The position numbers and the translations under genes were made by a program. This document shows, one piece after another, positions 26,601-40,949 of a DNA stretch of 64,000 nt (within the stretch, counting starts at the first letter, position 1; every line of letters begins with the position of its first letter). Origin of the DNA: Auanema rhodensis (Eukaryota > Animalia > Nematoda); the NCBI GenBank assembly GCA_964057225.1, contig OZ059895.1, positions 18,724,001 to 18,788,000 of the forward strand, written 5' to 3'. The notes beneath the pieces were generated by a model. The model worked only from the letters and a program-made list of their open reading frames with translations, ran no database searches and was not told where the DNA came from.

Positions 26601-28794
26601 AATTATATAATATATTATATTGAATATATTATATGAAAAGTAGAGTTGAAAATATTCTTCAATCTTTATTCTTCGCTTAATGTTTTGTAGCTTATGCTTA
26701 ACTACATGCAACATATTCGTTAGGAAGTGTTCGCTGTTGCTTTTCATCTCTCTCTCTGTATCTCTCTCTCTCTCTTTCTCTCTATGTCTCTCTCTATGTC
26801 TCTTTCGTATTCTTATTTTATTGACTTCGTTTCTTTTTTTCTGCTTATAGGCTTACACATACTACTGTTCTTATTTTCTATACTATTTACAACTAATTTT
26901 TTAAAATTTCAAAAATCATTCTTAGAAGTACCATCTGATTCTTCTTCTTCTTTAATTTTTAATTGTGTGTGATGATCACGACGAAACTGATAGTAAATAC
27001 TTCTATAGTATCAGCAAAATGGAGATGTAGCTTCAGCAGTTCAGTGTTGCTGAACGGGCACATCAACTTTTTTGCTCTTTCCCTTTGGCAATGTACACTG
27101 CGTGCACGGACTCGACCGATCGGCACCTACTCTGAATACTTCGTCTTAAGTCGTCCAACTTCCGCTCCCTCTTATTCTCTTATACTTTCTCTCATTATCT
27201 CTCTTTTTTCTCTCATTTTTCTTCAAAAATATTCACTGGTCACCAAAGAAGAAGAAAAAAAAGCTCCGTTCCGCTTTTCCTTTGGTGTTATTTCGAGCTT
27301 TTCCTTTTCTATTTCCTTGTTATGTTTTCTTTGATTTTTCAAAATTTATTTTATAATTTTATTACTTAAATTTGAATTTTCTCTCATTTGTTTAAGAAAT
27401 TTATTTCATATGATCTCATTATCTCAACTACTCCTCTTCTCTTTTCCGGAATGACGATCTAATTTTTCGTTCAAAATGTAGTTACCGTGAAATCATTTTA
27501 CAATTGAATAATATTATATTTGAAGAATATCATGTAAGTGTTTATACAGCTTGTAATAGGCAACTATTCAGAAAAATACCGAAGAAATCAAGTAGTTTTT
27601 GATCTTTTCCCTTCTCTCTTTCTCTTTTTCCCTCTTCCCTTCTCTCTCTCTCTCTCTCTCTTTCTCTCTTCCATTCTCTCTCTCTCCTTCTCTTATTCTC
27701 TCAGTTTATTTCTTTCTGTTTTTTCTGTTTCAATTTATTTGTTCCTATTCATCACCTATAACAAGCTGGCTTCTGTATTAAGCCTTCATTCTTCATTTTT
27801 TTGTATATTTCATCCAATAAAGCGCTTACACATCCTACCTACACCCATATTTATCATATATTTTGTGTAAAAAAATGGAAAAATAACGAAGAAAAACAGT
27901 TCTTCCTCTCATTCAATTTCATTTTCATGTTTTTTTTGGCTCTGCTTAGACATAAGTTTTTGAAAAATGAGAATTCTCTATCATTTCTGCTCTACTAATG
28001 TATGCAATTTCAAAATGACATCTCATTGACTCTTTGATCAAATGTCTTGAAGTATGAATTCACAGAAATATGAAATTTTAATTCAAACTTAACTTGAACT
28101 TGAAGCATTATCAAATTTTTCAAATTAATTACATAATAATATATAATTTGTATAAATATCTATCATCAAATCATAGTTATTTGATCTTCATTATTTAGAT
28201 TCTAACTGACTCTTTTTTCAAAATTTTAATTGAAAGTTTATATGAAAATTTATAATTTTATTAAACGAATGATGAAAAATATATAATATGTATTGACGTG
28301 CGCACCTGATACACGTGAACGTACACATACAACACCACGTCGTCAAGACAACCTTAGAAATTAGCATATTTTTATTTTATATTTTACTTTATATTCAATT
28401 ATTATTCTTTTCATTTTTTTTTATCTTGAAATGGTTTTTATCATAAAAATTCGTTTACAACATTCATATTTATATAGAAGTTTACCTTTGACATGTCTCA
28501 TATAAATCAAACATTAGAACATTTTGACTGGAATGATTAGCTCTTTGGTAGATGTTAGTCATGCTCCAACTCTCAATTTTATGTTATTTCTTTTGAAATA
28601 TTACGTAATAATCATTATATACCATTTCTTATCAATTTTATTGCTTTCAGCTTACATGGTCATCAAATCATTTAGCTCAAATTTGATGGTGATGACTAAC
28701 TTCATTGCTTTTCCATTCATCTCCAATAGCCTCCTCCCCCTCTTTTTTTCACTCTCTCTCTCTCTCTCTCTCTCTCCCTCTCCCTCTCTTTCTT

Positions 28795-28875
<81 letters not shown>

Positions 28876-29618
28876 ATCTTTATCTTTCTATCTCAGAATA
28901 TAATATACATATATAACTTCTGCTATACTATGCCTAAAACGAAGAATATCTATGCATAACTGACATAAAAACTCCGTTATTTTTTGTTTTGTTTTTTCGA
29001 ATAAAGCTCCTTCTGAATATTGGAAATCGTTTGTTTCTTTCTTCTTGTCTTCCAATTTTCCTTCTTCAGTCTACTTCGTCCATTGTGCCTCCAGGCATTT
29101 TTTGGTCAAAAGGCAGAAGCTAAAGAAAAAGCAAATGATTCACAGCATCTCTTGTCCCTCAAAATCTCCACTTGTTCCTATTTCTTTAATTTATCTTTAT
29201 ATTTTCCTTTTTCTTCTATTCACTCATCTTATTGCATACAATCGATAATCTCTCTCTCTCTTTCTCTCTCTCCCTCTCTCCCTCCCCGTTTTCTCTCTTA
29301 GTTCCCTACAGATACTTCGTATGGTACAATACTATATAAACTGGTTTAGTTAAATATAAAATTATTTTAATAAACTATATGTATATATAACTATCTCTTG
29401 TCTTTTTTTCCCAATTCGCGCTCTCTCTCTCTAACTCTTCAACTATTATTCCACCTGTGCGCCAAGTTTTTGTCTACTTTCTTCATTATTCCACCCTATC
29501 TGCCTAATCACAATGCTGAATGTAATCAATTCTTTTCACTTTTTTTTTGAATAAATGTGTTTTACATACATAATACTTTATATATATTTATATTACAGAT
29601 GAACTTTTGCTTGGCTCA

Positions 29619-30149
29619 ATGATTAGCTTTTGGCGTCAGTTACGCTTCCTATTATGGAAAGGAATTTTAATAAAAAAAAGGCAAAAGGTATAAATTATAA
29701 TAAATTTATAATTAATTATTATATTTATATATTTATATTATAGTTTTGGTTAGCTATTGAATTAGTTGTTCCAATTATATTATTTGCAATATTAGCCTTG
29801 GTTCGTACAAAAGATTTCTCCGATTCTAGATCACAATGTAAGTTGTAACAACTTAACTATATGTTTTAACTATATTATAACGTTGATCAAACTTTAAAAG
29901 AACATCTTTGTAGGTCATTATGATTCGAAAGGATTTCCTTCTGCTGGCGTTTTGCCATTTCTTCATTCATTTCTATGTTCATTCTCAAATGAATGTTATT
30001 TATCTCCAACAACTGGTGATGAATCTCATTTCATTAACAATGGAACATCAGAACATGAATCAGTGTAAGTTCATTATTTCAATTATATATAAACATATAG
30101 TAATATTCATATAATATTTAAGTAAATTGAATAGTATATTGAATACCTA

Positions 30150-30197
<48 letters not shown>

Positions 30198-33100
30198 GAG
30201 AGAGGAATTAATTTATACAATGTCTTCAATATACATTTATGTATTTCATTAATTATATTTTAATATTACAGATTAGTAGATTTTCTATATTATTCATCTT
30301 TACAACTAAATGAAATTGGTAATAATCCACAACAATTCAATGAAACTTTACTCAAGATTACAAACTTGATAAAGCAAGTATCTGAATTAGATGTAACTTC
30401 TATTCAACCAATAACTATACAACAAGTAAAATTTTTATTTTTATAATTTTCTTATCAAAATTGTTATCCAAAATTGTTTTTCCTTTCAGTTTTATGGTTC
30501 AAATGTAAATGTAACGAATGCTTTTATGGATATGGGCATGACACCTACAGCTGCTACAGCTGTTGCGTCAGCAGGCTTAACGTCACAGTTTTTCATTGAA
30601 CTTTTCAATTTTGTAAGATTTTATATAAATATATTATATTATATCATATATATAACTTGTTTAGGCTACTGATATTAAATCTAAATCATTTCTAACACTT
30701 CTCTTTACTGATCCAACAGTACCATTTTTGTGTGATCCACAAAAGTTTGCAGCCAGTTTTATTCTTCCAAATGGGTAATTTTAAATTATTTATTATATTT
30801 ATAAATAATATTATATATAGTTAAGTACATGTCAAAATTAAAAATAAAACGAAATTATAGTAGTTAGATCAACTGATAATATTTTGTTCAGAACACATCT
30901 AACGTCAGATGATATCGACTCACTTTGCAAAGTTACTGCAACCAAATTAGCTAGGCATCAAGAATTACAAAATCAATTTCATCCAACTATAAAACAGGTG
31001 AATATTAAATTTTAATTATGTGAATTTATACTTGTTTAAAGAAAATAAAAAAAAAGTTGATTGATAAGGTAGAAAGAGAGTAATGAGAGAGGAGATGAGA
31101 CAAAAAGTTTGAGCTGATTTTTCATAAAATGTTCAAAGAAATTTTTCAATATTTTCAAATAACTAATGTAATTTTCAGAATTTGAAAACTAAAAATGGAC
31201 AGGAAATAGAATTACAATCAATCTTTAATGAAAGTAGTTCAATATATCATGAACTTAGTAAACAACCATTAGGAAAAATGCTTTTAAAGTATTCAGATGT
31301 ATCAAGTGATATTGTTAATTGGCTATTTTGTGGAAATAATCCATATGGTTAGTTATTTTTATGAAAAAAAAATAAAATATATTAATTAATAATTATTTTA
31401 AAATAAAATAATTTTAGCTACATCAGCACAAGGATTAACACCAAGTAATATTGGACCTGAAACATCATTTGATCGAATGAAGAAATCTCTTATACAGTAA
31501 GATTTTAAACTTTTTCTTTTAAATTATTTTCTCATATTCACATAGATTTATTGAAAAAGTTGTTCCTGGTCAAGAGAAGAAGCACGATAAACAATTTTGT
31601 AAAAATGTTCCTGTTCGTGATGGTAATTTCAATATTTCTTATATTTCTACATTTAATATATAATATAATTTTTTTTATTAATTCTATCATATAATATATA
31701 ACTATATGTTAACTATATTTTAATTATATTTTATAGATTTGAATTGTTCTTCATTAGAAACAGCAGTTATGCGTCGATTAAGACCTGTCTTTCAAGGATA
31801 TATTCTAGTATCACCACGCTGTCCAATTACTGAATCTTTAATTGATATGGTATAAATAGCATAATTAACTAAAAATTATATAAATTTACATAATTTTAGT
31901 TAAATGCTCCATTAAAACAAGTTGATTATATACGTCGAGCATTCTATGAATATCCATCTATTGCTGATAATATTCAGGATGCTGTATATCACAGCGATTT
32001 ACATAATGCTTCTCAAGTATGTATTTTTCTTAACTAAACGTATAATTAATCAATTATTTAACAGAATATTCTTCAATTTCTTAAACAAATTCATCCACCA
32101 ATCATATATGATACACCATTAATAGATGAAATAGAATTCATCTTGGAACATATGTTTAACAATTCCTCGGATCCAAATTCATTTGGTGAACTATCTAAAA
32201 AATATGTGAATGAGTTAAATCGTTATACATCGGTAAATATATTAATTATTACAATTATTTTAAATTATTTAACCTATTACAGTGTTTTCTATTGGATCGT
32301 TTCGTATTTGTTGAATCTGACAGAGAAATGGAAGAGGTATGATACATGTGTACATGTGTTTTTGAGTTTTTTCACTTATTATTTTCAATAATACATTATA
32401 ATTAATATTTATTAAAATATTAATATTTAGGCAGCTGTATGTTTAATGGAATATGATCAATATTTTTCTGGAATTGTTTTTTCTAATTTAACATCAAATT
32501 CAACAAATTTTGGACCATTTAATTCATACAAAATACGTCATCATCCACAACTTGTTGATAGTAATTATAATTATAATAATCATAGTTAAATATATATTTA
32601 TAGGTACTGATGCTATAGCTGATAGCTTGAAACGTCCATTCAATCGTGATCAGCCTTTTCTTGATCTGAAATACATTACTTATGGATTTAGTTTTTTACA
32701 AGGTAAAGATTACAGCATATTCTTAAAACTTAGCCAGAGCTTAGGAAAATGAAACTAATCACTGATATGATTGTATTTCAGAAGCTATTGATAGAGCTAT
32801 CATTCAATTATCAACAAATAAAACGTTTAATGTTGGAATATATGCTCAACAAGAGCCATATCCATGTGCGGAAAAGGATAAGTATGCACTTAAAACTTAA
32901 AGCTTGATCTAATCTGAGAATTCTAGTTTCAATGTATCCAACTTCCTGGGATTATTTGTCATTTTATCTTTTCTCATCCCAGCTTCATTACTTGTTAAGA
33001 ATATTGTTTTTGAAAAAGAGCATCGTTTAAAGGTTTGTCTACAAACTTTTTTTAAAAACTTTTATTTTACTTTTGTTTTAGGAACAAATGAGAATTATGG

Positions 33101-36100
33101 GTTTAGGTGATACAGTACATTTCATATCATGGGCTATTGTATCATTAGTTTTGAATATAGTTAGTGTAGCTATTATATCATTAATATTAAAGGTATATTA
33201 TTATTATTTGATCTCATAAATGATCTCAACGTAATATATTTTAGTTTGGACGAATATTTGATCATACTGATTTTACTCTTTTATTCGTATTTCTATGCTT
33301 ATTTGCATTATCTTCAATATCATTAGCATTATTTCTATCAACATTTTTTACAAATGCAAATATCTCAACAGCAGCTACATGTATTATCTATTTTCTTTTC
33401 TTTTTTCCATTTCAATTATCAGTTAAATCGAAAAATAGTACATTCAGTCAAATAACGGTATGAATTCTTTTTATTTTATTCATTTTATTAATTTAAATAT
33501 TATATAGTTAATATTTCCACAAACAACATTAGGATATGGTACATTGATGTTAGCATTAGCTAATGAAATTGAAGAAGCTTCATGGTCAGATATTCATAAA
33601 ATCTACTTACAAGGTCTTAATTCTTTTTGTTATTTCTCTCTGTAACAACTTTGTTTCTGATTTCAGCATATGATGTGTCTCTCGTTCAATGCATGATAGC
33701 TTTCTCAATTCAAATTGTTGTCTTCTGTATACTAGCTTGGTATATCAGTGCTATTGCTCCTGGAGTATATGGCGTATCACAACCATTATATTTTCCATTT
33801 ACTAAACGATATTGGTTTCCAAAAACATCAACAGATGAAGGTGAAGATGATGAAATTGCAGGAGATGTTGGTGATAACTTTGATTCCATACCAGGTAGAA
33901 TACATATGATCCATTTTCTATTACAATAAAGAGAATATGAAGCTTATACTATGAATTCCAGCAAATGATTGCTTTGAAAGTGAGCCAGTTGATCTGAAAA
34001 TGACTGTTCGAATCAAATCGATGACCAAAGTATATAGCAGTGGAACAAAAGCTGTAGGTTCTTTCTCTCTTTTCTCTTTTTTTAACGAAACGTTTATGCA
34101 AACGTCGAAATATAATTGTCATTGTTATAGTTAAATCAACTGAATCTACGTTTATATGAAAATCAAATAACAGCTCTTCTTGGACATAATGGAGCAGGAA
34201 AAACGACAACAATGTATGTTTTATGATGAGACGAAACTTTGAATAATGAGTTTAGGTCAATGTTATGTGGACTTTATTCACCATCATCAGGTACATCATC
34301 TATCTATGGACATGATATTCGAACGAATATGAGAAGAGTACGAGATATCTTAGGAGTTTGTCCACAATATAATGTTTTATTTACATTGTATGTTTCAATA
34401 TATAATTATTTTAAAAGAAATAATTGAAATTATCTTTAGATTAACAGTACGTGAACAACTTAAGTTTTTTGCTGCTTTAAAGGGATGTCCAGATAATAAA
34501 ATTGATGAGGTAAAGCTTTATGCTTCAAACATAATTAATTATAAAAATATTTCAAGGAAGTTGATAAGATTCTTGAAAGTGTTCGGTTATCTGAAAAGTC
34601 TGATTCATTAGCTGGAACCTTATCAGGCATGTTTCGAGCATTAATATTCAAACCTTAACCTTTGACATCTTTAGGTGGAATGAAGAGACGTCTATGTATA
34701 GGTATAGCTTTTGTTGGTGATTCCAAGTTTGTCATTCTGGATGAGCCAACAGCTGGTGTTGATGTTAATAGTCGAAAAGACATTTGGCGATTATTACAAG
34801 AAAACAAATTAGGTAAGTTATAAGCTTCAAGGAGATTTTTTAAAGTTTGGAAACTCTTCTGCAGGCCGGACAATTCTTCTTTCAACTCATCATATGGATG
34901 AAGCCGATGTGTTATCAGATCGTGTAGCTGTACTATCAGAAGGTGAACTAGTAACACTTGGATCACCAGTATTCCTGAAGAATCGTTTTGGAGAATGTTT
35001 GGAGTTAGTTATATGTAAAATGGTAATAATTATATTAATTATTATAAATATATTATTCATTATTTAAATTTCAGACACGACAAATGAATTATGATAGTAT
35101 TATCAAAGAAGTTTTATGTTTAAGTCAAATTGATATGGGTGTTAAAGATCAGAATGAAGATGAAATTACATTCAAGTAATTATTCTTATAATTTATAAAA
35201 TCAAATTATTAATTATTTGATTTCAGAATTCCATTGAATACTGATTCTACAGAACTTGCAGAGTTCTTTGATCTTTTAGATGAACGTCTAATCGAATTAC
35301 ATATTTCTGGATATGGTATATCTGCTCCAACACTTCAACAGGTTCAGAATTATATAATTTTAGTTACAATTTCTATTATCTTCTTTCAGATTTTTATTAA
35401 ACTTGCTCCACAACGTGAATATAATGTTCCAAAAGTACGTCGAAGCTTTTTGTCATGGATTAAAAGGTAATTGTTAAATATTATATGATATAGTTAAAGT
35501 AATATATTATAGTTTTTGGTGTTGTCGTTCATCAAGTATTGATACTGAAAATACAATACTACTTCGTGATCCATTAGGAGGTAGTCAAAGTATAGCTACA
35601 ACCTCTATATCACCTGAACAATTCAATACAATCTTTGAAGAGGATTCTGGTATATTTCATCTAACTCTTACAAGCCTCATGTGCTTTTCTTTTCAGAAAT
35701 TAACTTTCCTGTATCATCTCAAAATGGCATAGCTCGTCTACATGGACAGTGCAAAGCATTATTTACTTGTCGTTGGCAATATACATGGAGAAGTCGGAAA
35801 ACTACATTCTTTGAGGCAAATCATCTATACTTTCTATAACTTATGATTTCTCTCAATTCTAGGTTATTTTACCAATTCTCTTACTGATGGCATGTGAGCT
35901 ATATGCTCGACTAGCTATGGGAAGTTCATCAGGCTCATACATGATTTCGCAAATGCCATTACCACTTGTTAATGCTCTTTTTGGAAATACAACAGATACA
36001 TATGTGAAGTATGTAATATTATACTGTTAACTATATGATATAATCAAGTTTAAAAATTATTTTGAATATAATTTCAGTGTCTGGGATAGAAATACATCTA

Positions 36101-39100
36101 CATATAGTTATGAAGTCATGAATAGCTTCTTGTTAAGTCCAGGAATGGGTACACGATGTTCAACTAATCAACCAAAAATGTAAGTTTTTTATGTAAATTA
36201 GATGTTTATTTTGCACAAACCTATATGTATGTTGATACAAAGTGATTGTAATTGTGAATCAGTCAAACTGCTTCCTTCCAAACCATTCAACTTCCCACAT
36301 CTGAGCTTTTTGTATGTCCTTGCTTGCTTATTGTGTTCGTTCTCTTTAGTGAAAGCATGATGCACAATCTGGCTATGTATACGGATCCACAGAATACTCG
36401 ACCATATTTGAGGTAAGCGATATTCTTGTCTATGTCGTCATATATGTACATACTATGTTATTTCTTACCTGATGTCTATTTCACCTGGGATATGTCTTCT
36501 AAGGTTATAAGTTGTGTAAAAGTTTTTATTTAAAATTTTATGTTATACTTTGATATACATATATACATATATATGATCGGGTTGTTTTGTTTATTTTTTA
36601 TTTTAAATGTACATCATATAACAGATTAAAGAAAGAAACTTTTACACTAACTTGAGCAGCATGAACAGCATGCTTCTTGCTCTAAATCCTTTTTTTTTTC
36701 AAATATTTATATTATCTTTAGTTTTGATTCATCTACATGTGATAAAGGATTTGCTAAAGGAAAATTCAATTGGGCAAATAATGGATCAACTTATAATTAT
36801 AATGAAGATGTAATCTGTCAATGCACAGAAAATCTTGGATGGAACTGCACTATGGTACATCTCGTACTGATTTCTTGAAATTAAAAATAAATATTAAAGG
36901 AAGATTATCCATTATGGTCATTGGATCATCTTTATCTCAATACAACAGATCGTATTTGGGATCTTTCATATCGAAATTTATCTCAAATGCGTATGGATAC
37001 AAGATGGTCAAATAATGTTTCAATCGATTCTCCATATTTGTATGTTTAATTATAAAATTATAATATTTTCTATGTTTAATTATATTTTAGTTTGGGAGGA
37101 TTCTCTCTTGGACATGTAAGTTTAAGAGCTCGAACTGATCAAGAAATTAAAACTGAGCAATATGGTTGGCGTGTTTTCTTGAATGGCAAGTTGTTTACAA
37201 ACTAATTTTTATTTTTTTTGTATATTTATAGGTATGAGTAACTCAGCAGAACAGTTACAATTGAATTTATCTTCTATAAAACCATCATCACCTATAGTTG
37301 ATGATCCATTTGCCCAAAATATTACAATGAATTCATTTATTGATAATTTACTTGCTTATATGGATGTTCAACAAAATATTAAAATATGGTATAACAACAA
37401 AGTTTGGCCGGCAATGCCAATATACCTTAGCAATGTATATAATGCTTTATTACGTGTTGAAGATAGTGCTTTAAGTAAGTTTTATTAAGTTGAAATAGTC
37501 TAATTATACCTGTTTTATTATTTCATCTACCGTACACCTCTGCAAAAATACAGTAGGCCAAAAAAAATGATCGGGTTACTGTAACGTCATAATTGACGAC
37601 CCTATGTCGTAGGTGTACGGTATCAAATTCGAAAATAGAAAATATTCATGAATAACATTGTGAATTTTGATCTTTTTAGTTCCGGATGAGTTAGGAATAA
37701 TGACGATTAACCATCCAATGAATGAAACTGTTCAAAATTCCTTTGATAATACAGCATTGTAAGTCTTTTTTGATTTAGTTTTTTAATAAATTTACTGTAT
37801 TTCACTATTTTTCAGACAAAAAGTTATTATATTCCGTATAGTTATCATAGTATTGGTTCTTAGTATCATTCCTGCTGGTTTCACAGTCTTTTTGGTGCAG
37901 GACCGTGTGACTGACAGTTTCCATCTTCAATTAGTATCAGGGCTTTCACGTCGAACTTACTGGATAACTAGTTATATATTTGATATGGTATAGTTAGTAA
38001 ATATATAATTTATAAACCTTTTATTTAGGCAATTTATATCTTAGCTATTATTGTTATTATTCTCGCTTATGCAGCTTTTGGAGTTAAAGAGTTTACATAC
38101 ACTGGTTCAACAGCTGCTTCATTTTTCTTGTTATTCCTCTTATATGGGCAAGTTTTAAGTATATTAAACTCTATGTTTTATAATCACAGCATATATCTTT
38201 ATATAATGTCGGCTAAACTTGAAACTTTAGTTTTTCCGCTGTGCTATGGGCATACGTCCTTCAACGATGGTTCGTAGTTCCAGCTCTGTCATTTGTTCTT
38301 ATTGCTGTCGGTACATTCTTCGTAGGCATTGTTGGTACAGTCACTGTAATTATGATTGAGCAAATGATGAAAACAGTAAGTTTTCAATATTAGGTTTCAA
38401 TTATTTATACTCTTAAATACAATTTAGGATCCAACTTTAGCGCCTTACCATACAGCATTTTCCATTATTTTCCTGATTATTCCTCAATATAATCTTGGAA
38501 TGGCAGTATTTCGTGGTTCATATATGTTTCAATTAGTCCAAATGGGAGAGAAATATTTGCGTAAGTTAAAAAAATTTTAAAAAGCGACTTTAGTGAAAAA
38601 GCAAAACATATTGATCTCGGGCGGGCTCGAACCGCCGGCCTTCTGTGTGTTAGACAGATGTGATAACCACTACACCACGAGATCATTGAAACATTTTCAC
38701 CTCTGATTGTACATTCTGCAGTTGAATTGAATCGTCCCGATCTTGTCCAGCGATTGCCTTTGCCTTTGATTTTGGAATGGGATTTGATGGGAATGCACTG
38801 CATTGTTCTTATCATTCACATAATAATTGCTATTCTTGTATTGATTATCCTAGAAAATGGCACATTTGGATTTTTAAGGTATGAAATCTTAACTATATCG
38901 TATAATATGTGATTAATGTTAAGGAGAAACGAGCGGAAATATACAGAAAAGTTGTTGAAAAAAATAACAGAAGATGAGGAAGACGACATGAAATCAGAAT
39001 CAGATAAAGTCACTGCTTCTATTCTGAGAAAAACGGACTTACATCCGTTAACTGTCTCGAATCTAGCCAAAGTATGTTTATCACCCTATCTCTTTGCTTA

Positions 39101-40496
39101 ATTTATTATTCTAACTATATGATATAATTAATATTTTTAGGCATATTCATCAAATACCCTTGCTGTAAAAGGAATATCCTTCACCGTTGAGAAGGGTGAA
39201 TGCTTTGGTTTACTTGGTTTGAATGGTGCTGGTAAAACAACAACTTTTGGAATGTTAACTGGAAAGATTCATCCTGGTTCTGGTGACGTATATCTTAATG
39301 GATCAGAGTATGTTAAAATTCCTTATGATTTCATTATGTGATACTATTATTTTAACGATTATCCTAAACGTTTCAGAGTATCAAGCAATGGTTCAAAAGG
39401 ATTTTCACAGCTTGGCTATTGCCCTCAGTTTGATGCTTTAAATACTCAGCTTACAACACGTGAAAATCTTGTATTTTTCGCCAGAATACGTGGAGTTCCA
39501 GAACAATACATCAGCAAGGTACTCATGCATACATTAAATTTTATTCTTAAATTTTTATTTAATTTAGTTAACATCACGTTTGCTTCGTTCACTTCATCTA
39601 CGTCCATATTCAAGTACTCTAACAGGAAGTTTGTCTGGAGGAAATAAACGAAAGCTATCTGTTGCCATTGCACTAATCAGTCAACCATCCTTGATACTTC
39701 TGGTAGAATTTTTTGATTTTGGCGAAACGAGAAATATGATGTTTCAGGATGAACCATCAGCTGGTATGGACCCTGGTTCACAACAATTCCTTTGGAAAGT
39801 TATCGAAAAACTACGTAAAAGCGGAAAAGCTGTGGTGAGTATTTTGAGCTTTTTGCCAAAAAAACTTAGAAATATAGTCAAGTTCTGGATTTACAAACTT
39901 TTGTTCGTTAAGGTAATGACTTCGCATTCAATGGAAGAATGTGAAGCTTTATGTACTCGTATAGCTATAATGGATCGTGGAAAAATCCGATGTTTAGGAA
40001 GTAAACAACATTTAAAGAATAAGTTTGTTCATTTACAATTATACATATAATTAATATAATTAAATCTAGATTTGGACAAGGTTATTCATTGACATTGAAA
40101 ATGAGACAATCATCTGATGCTTCTTCTGCCATTGAGCTTTTCAAGAAGTTAATGCCAAGTGCTCATCTGGAATCTGTACATTGTTCAACAATATTTTTCC
40201 AAATTCATAGAAAGTCAGCAACTATTGCTAATATTTTGCATAATGTCAACCGGGTAAGTGGTCAAGTTGTTGTCAAGTTTTAAGGCTTAAACCCGCATAA
40301 CTTAAAACTTGTTAATATTTCTTCCTAATACATCATGTTATTTCAGGTAAAATTAGAATTTAAGTTGGAAGATTTCTCTCTTTCTCAATCAACATTAGAT
40401 GAAGTTTTTCAATCATTAGCCACACGTGAATGGAGTTCATCAACGATAGCGGCTTCAGCTACACCACAACAAACAACTCTTTCAACAACTGATTAA
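29619..40496 (+). CDS. abt-2: Full-size ABCA-subfamily lipid transporter (ABCA1-like, abt-2-like), roughly 55 exons
   Basis: [14 protein letters not shown]; [16 protein letters not shown]...PTTGDE; NBD1 [29 protein letters not shown]; NBD2 [28 protein letters not shown]; C-term [12 protein letters not shown]; stop 40494-40496. The symbol rests on the ABCA1-like N-terminus and is less certain than the family call. The true start may lie upstream. Confidence 0.93.
37528..37622. mobile_element. Small MITE (91 bp plus TA duplication), Tc1/mariner-pogo (Tc2-like) termini, in an ABCA intron
   Basis: TA|CCGTACACCT ... AGGTGTACGG|TA: perfect 10-bp terminal inverted repeats flanked by TA. The host intron is enlarged relative to its neighbours. 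Confidence 0.7.
38612..38684 (-). tRNA. tRNA-Val(AAC), nested antisense in an ABCA intron
   Basis: GATCTCGTGGTGTAGTGGTTATCACATCTGTCT-AAC-ACACAGAAGGCCGGCGGTTCGAGCCCGCCCGAGATCA. Complete cloverleaf, A and B boxes, followed by TTTT and TTTTT terminators. Confidence 0.97.
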
Positions 40497-40949
40497 CTAA
40501 TTATTTATATAATTTTTTAATTTATTATAAATTAATAATAATAATCATATTATATAACATATTATTGTAATATTACATAATATTTCAATTATTTTAAAAA
40601 CAACAATACCAATAACCATCACTTTATGTTTTATGATATCTCTCAGTTTCATTTCTTTCACTTATCTACCAACAGTTATTGTACAAATTGTTTTTTTTTC
40701 GTTTCTTCAATCATACTTCATGGTTTTCCTTCTTTTTTTTTTAATTTTTGTATATTTTTTCTCACGCAAAAAACAAAAAAAGAAGAAATTAGCTCATCAG
40801 ATTTATCCAATTCATCATATCTATATATCTACCTTTGTGATTATTTATTCGGGTTATTGTTTTAAAACAAATAATTTTATAGATAAATTTATAAACTTTT
40901 TATTTTTTATATTTTCTTAATAGTATAATTATTTTTCAATAGTATCAAC

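Noticed and set aside
23206-29301. Numerous SLSLSL, RERERE and Phe-rich ORFs
   Set aside because: Translations of GA/TC microsatellites and pyrimidine tracts with no splice-supported gene structure.
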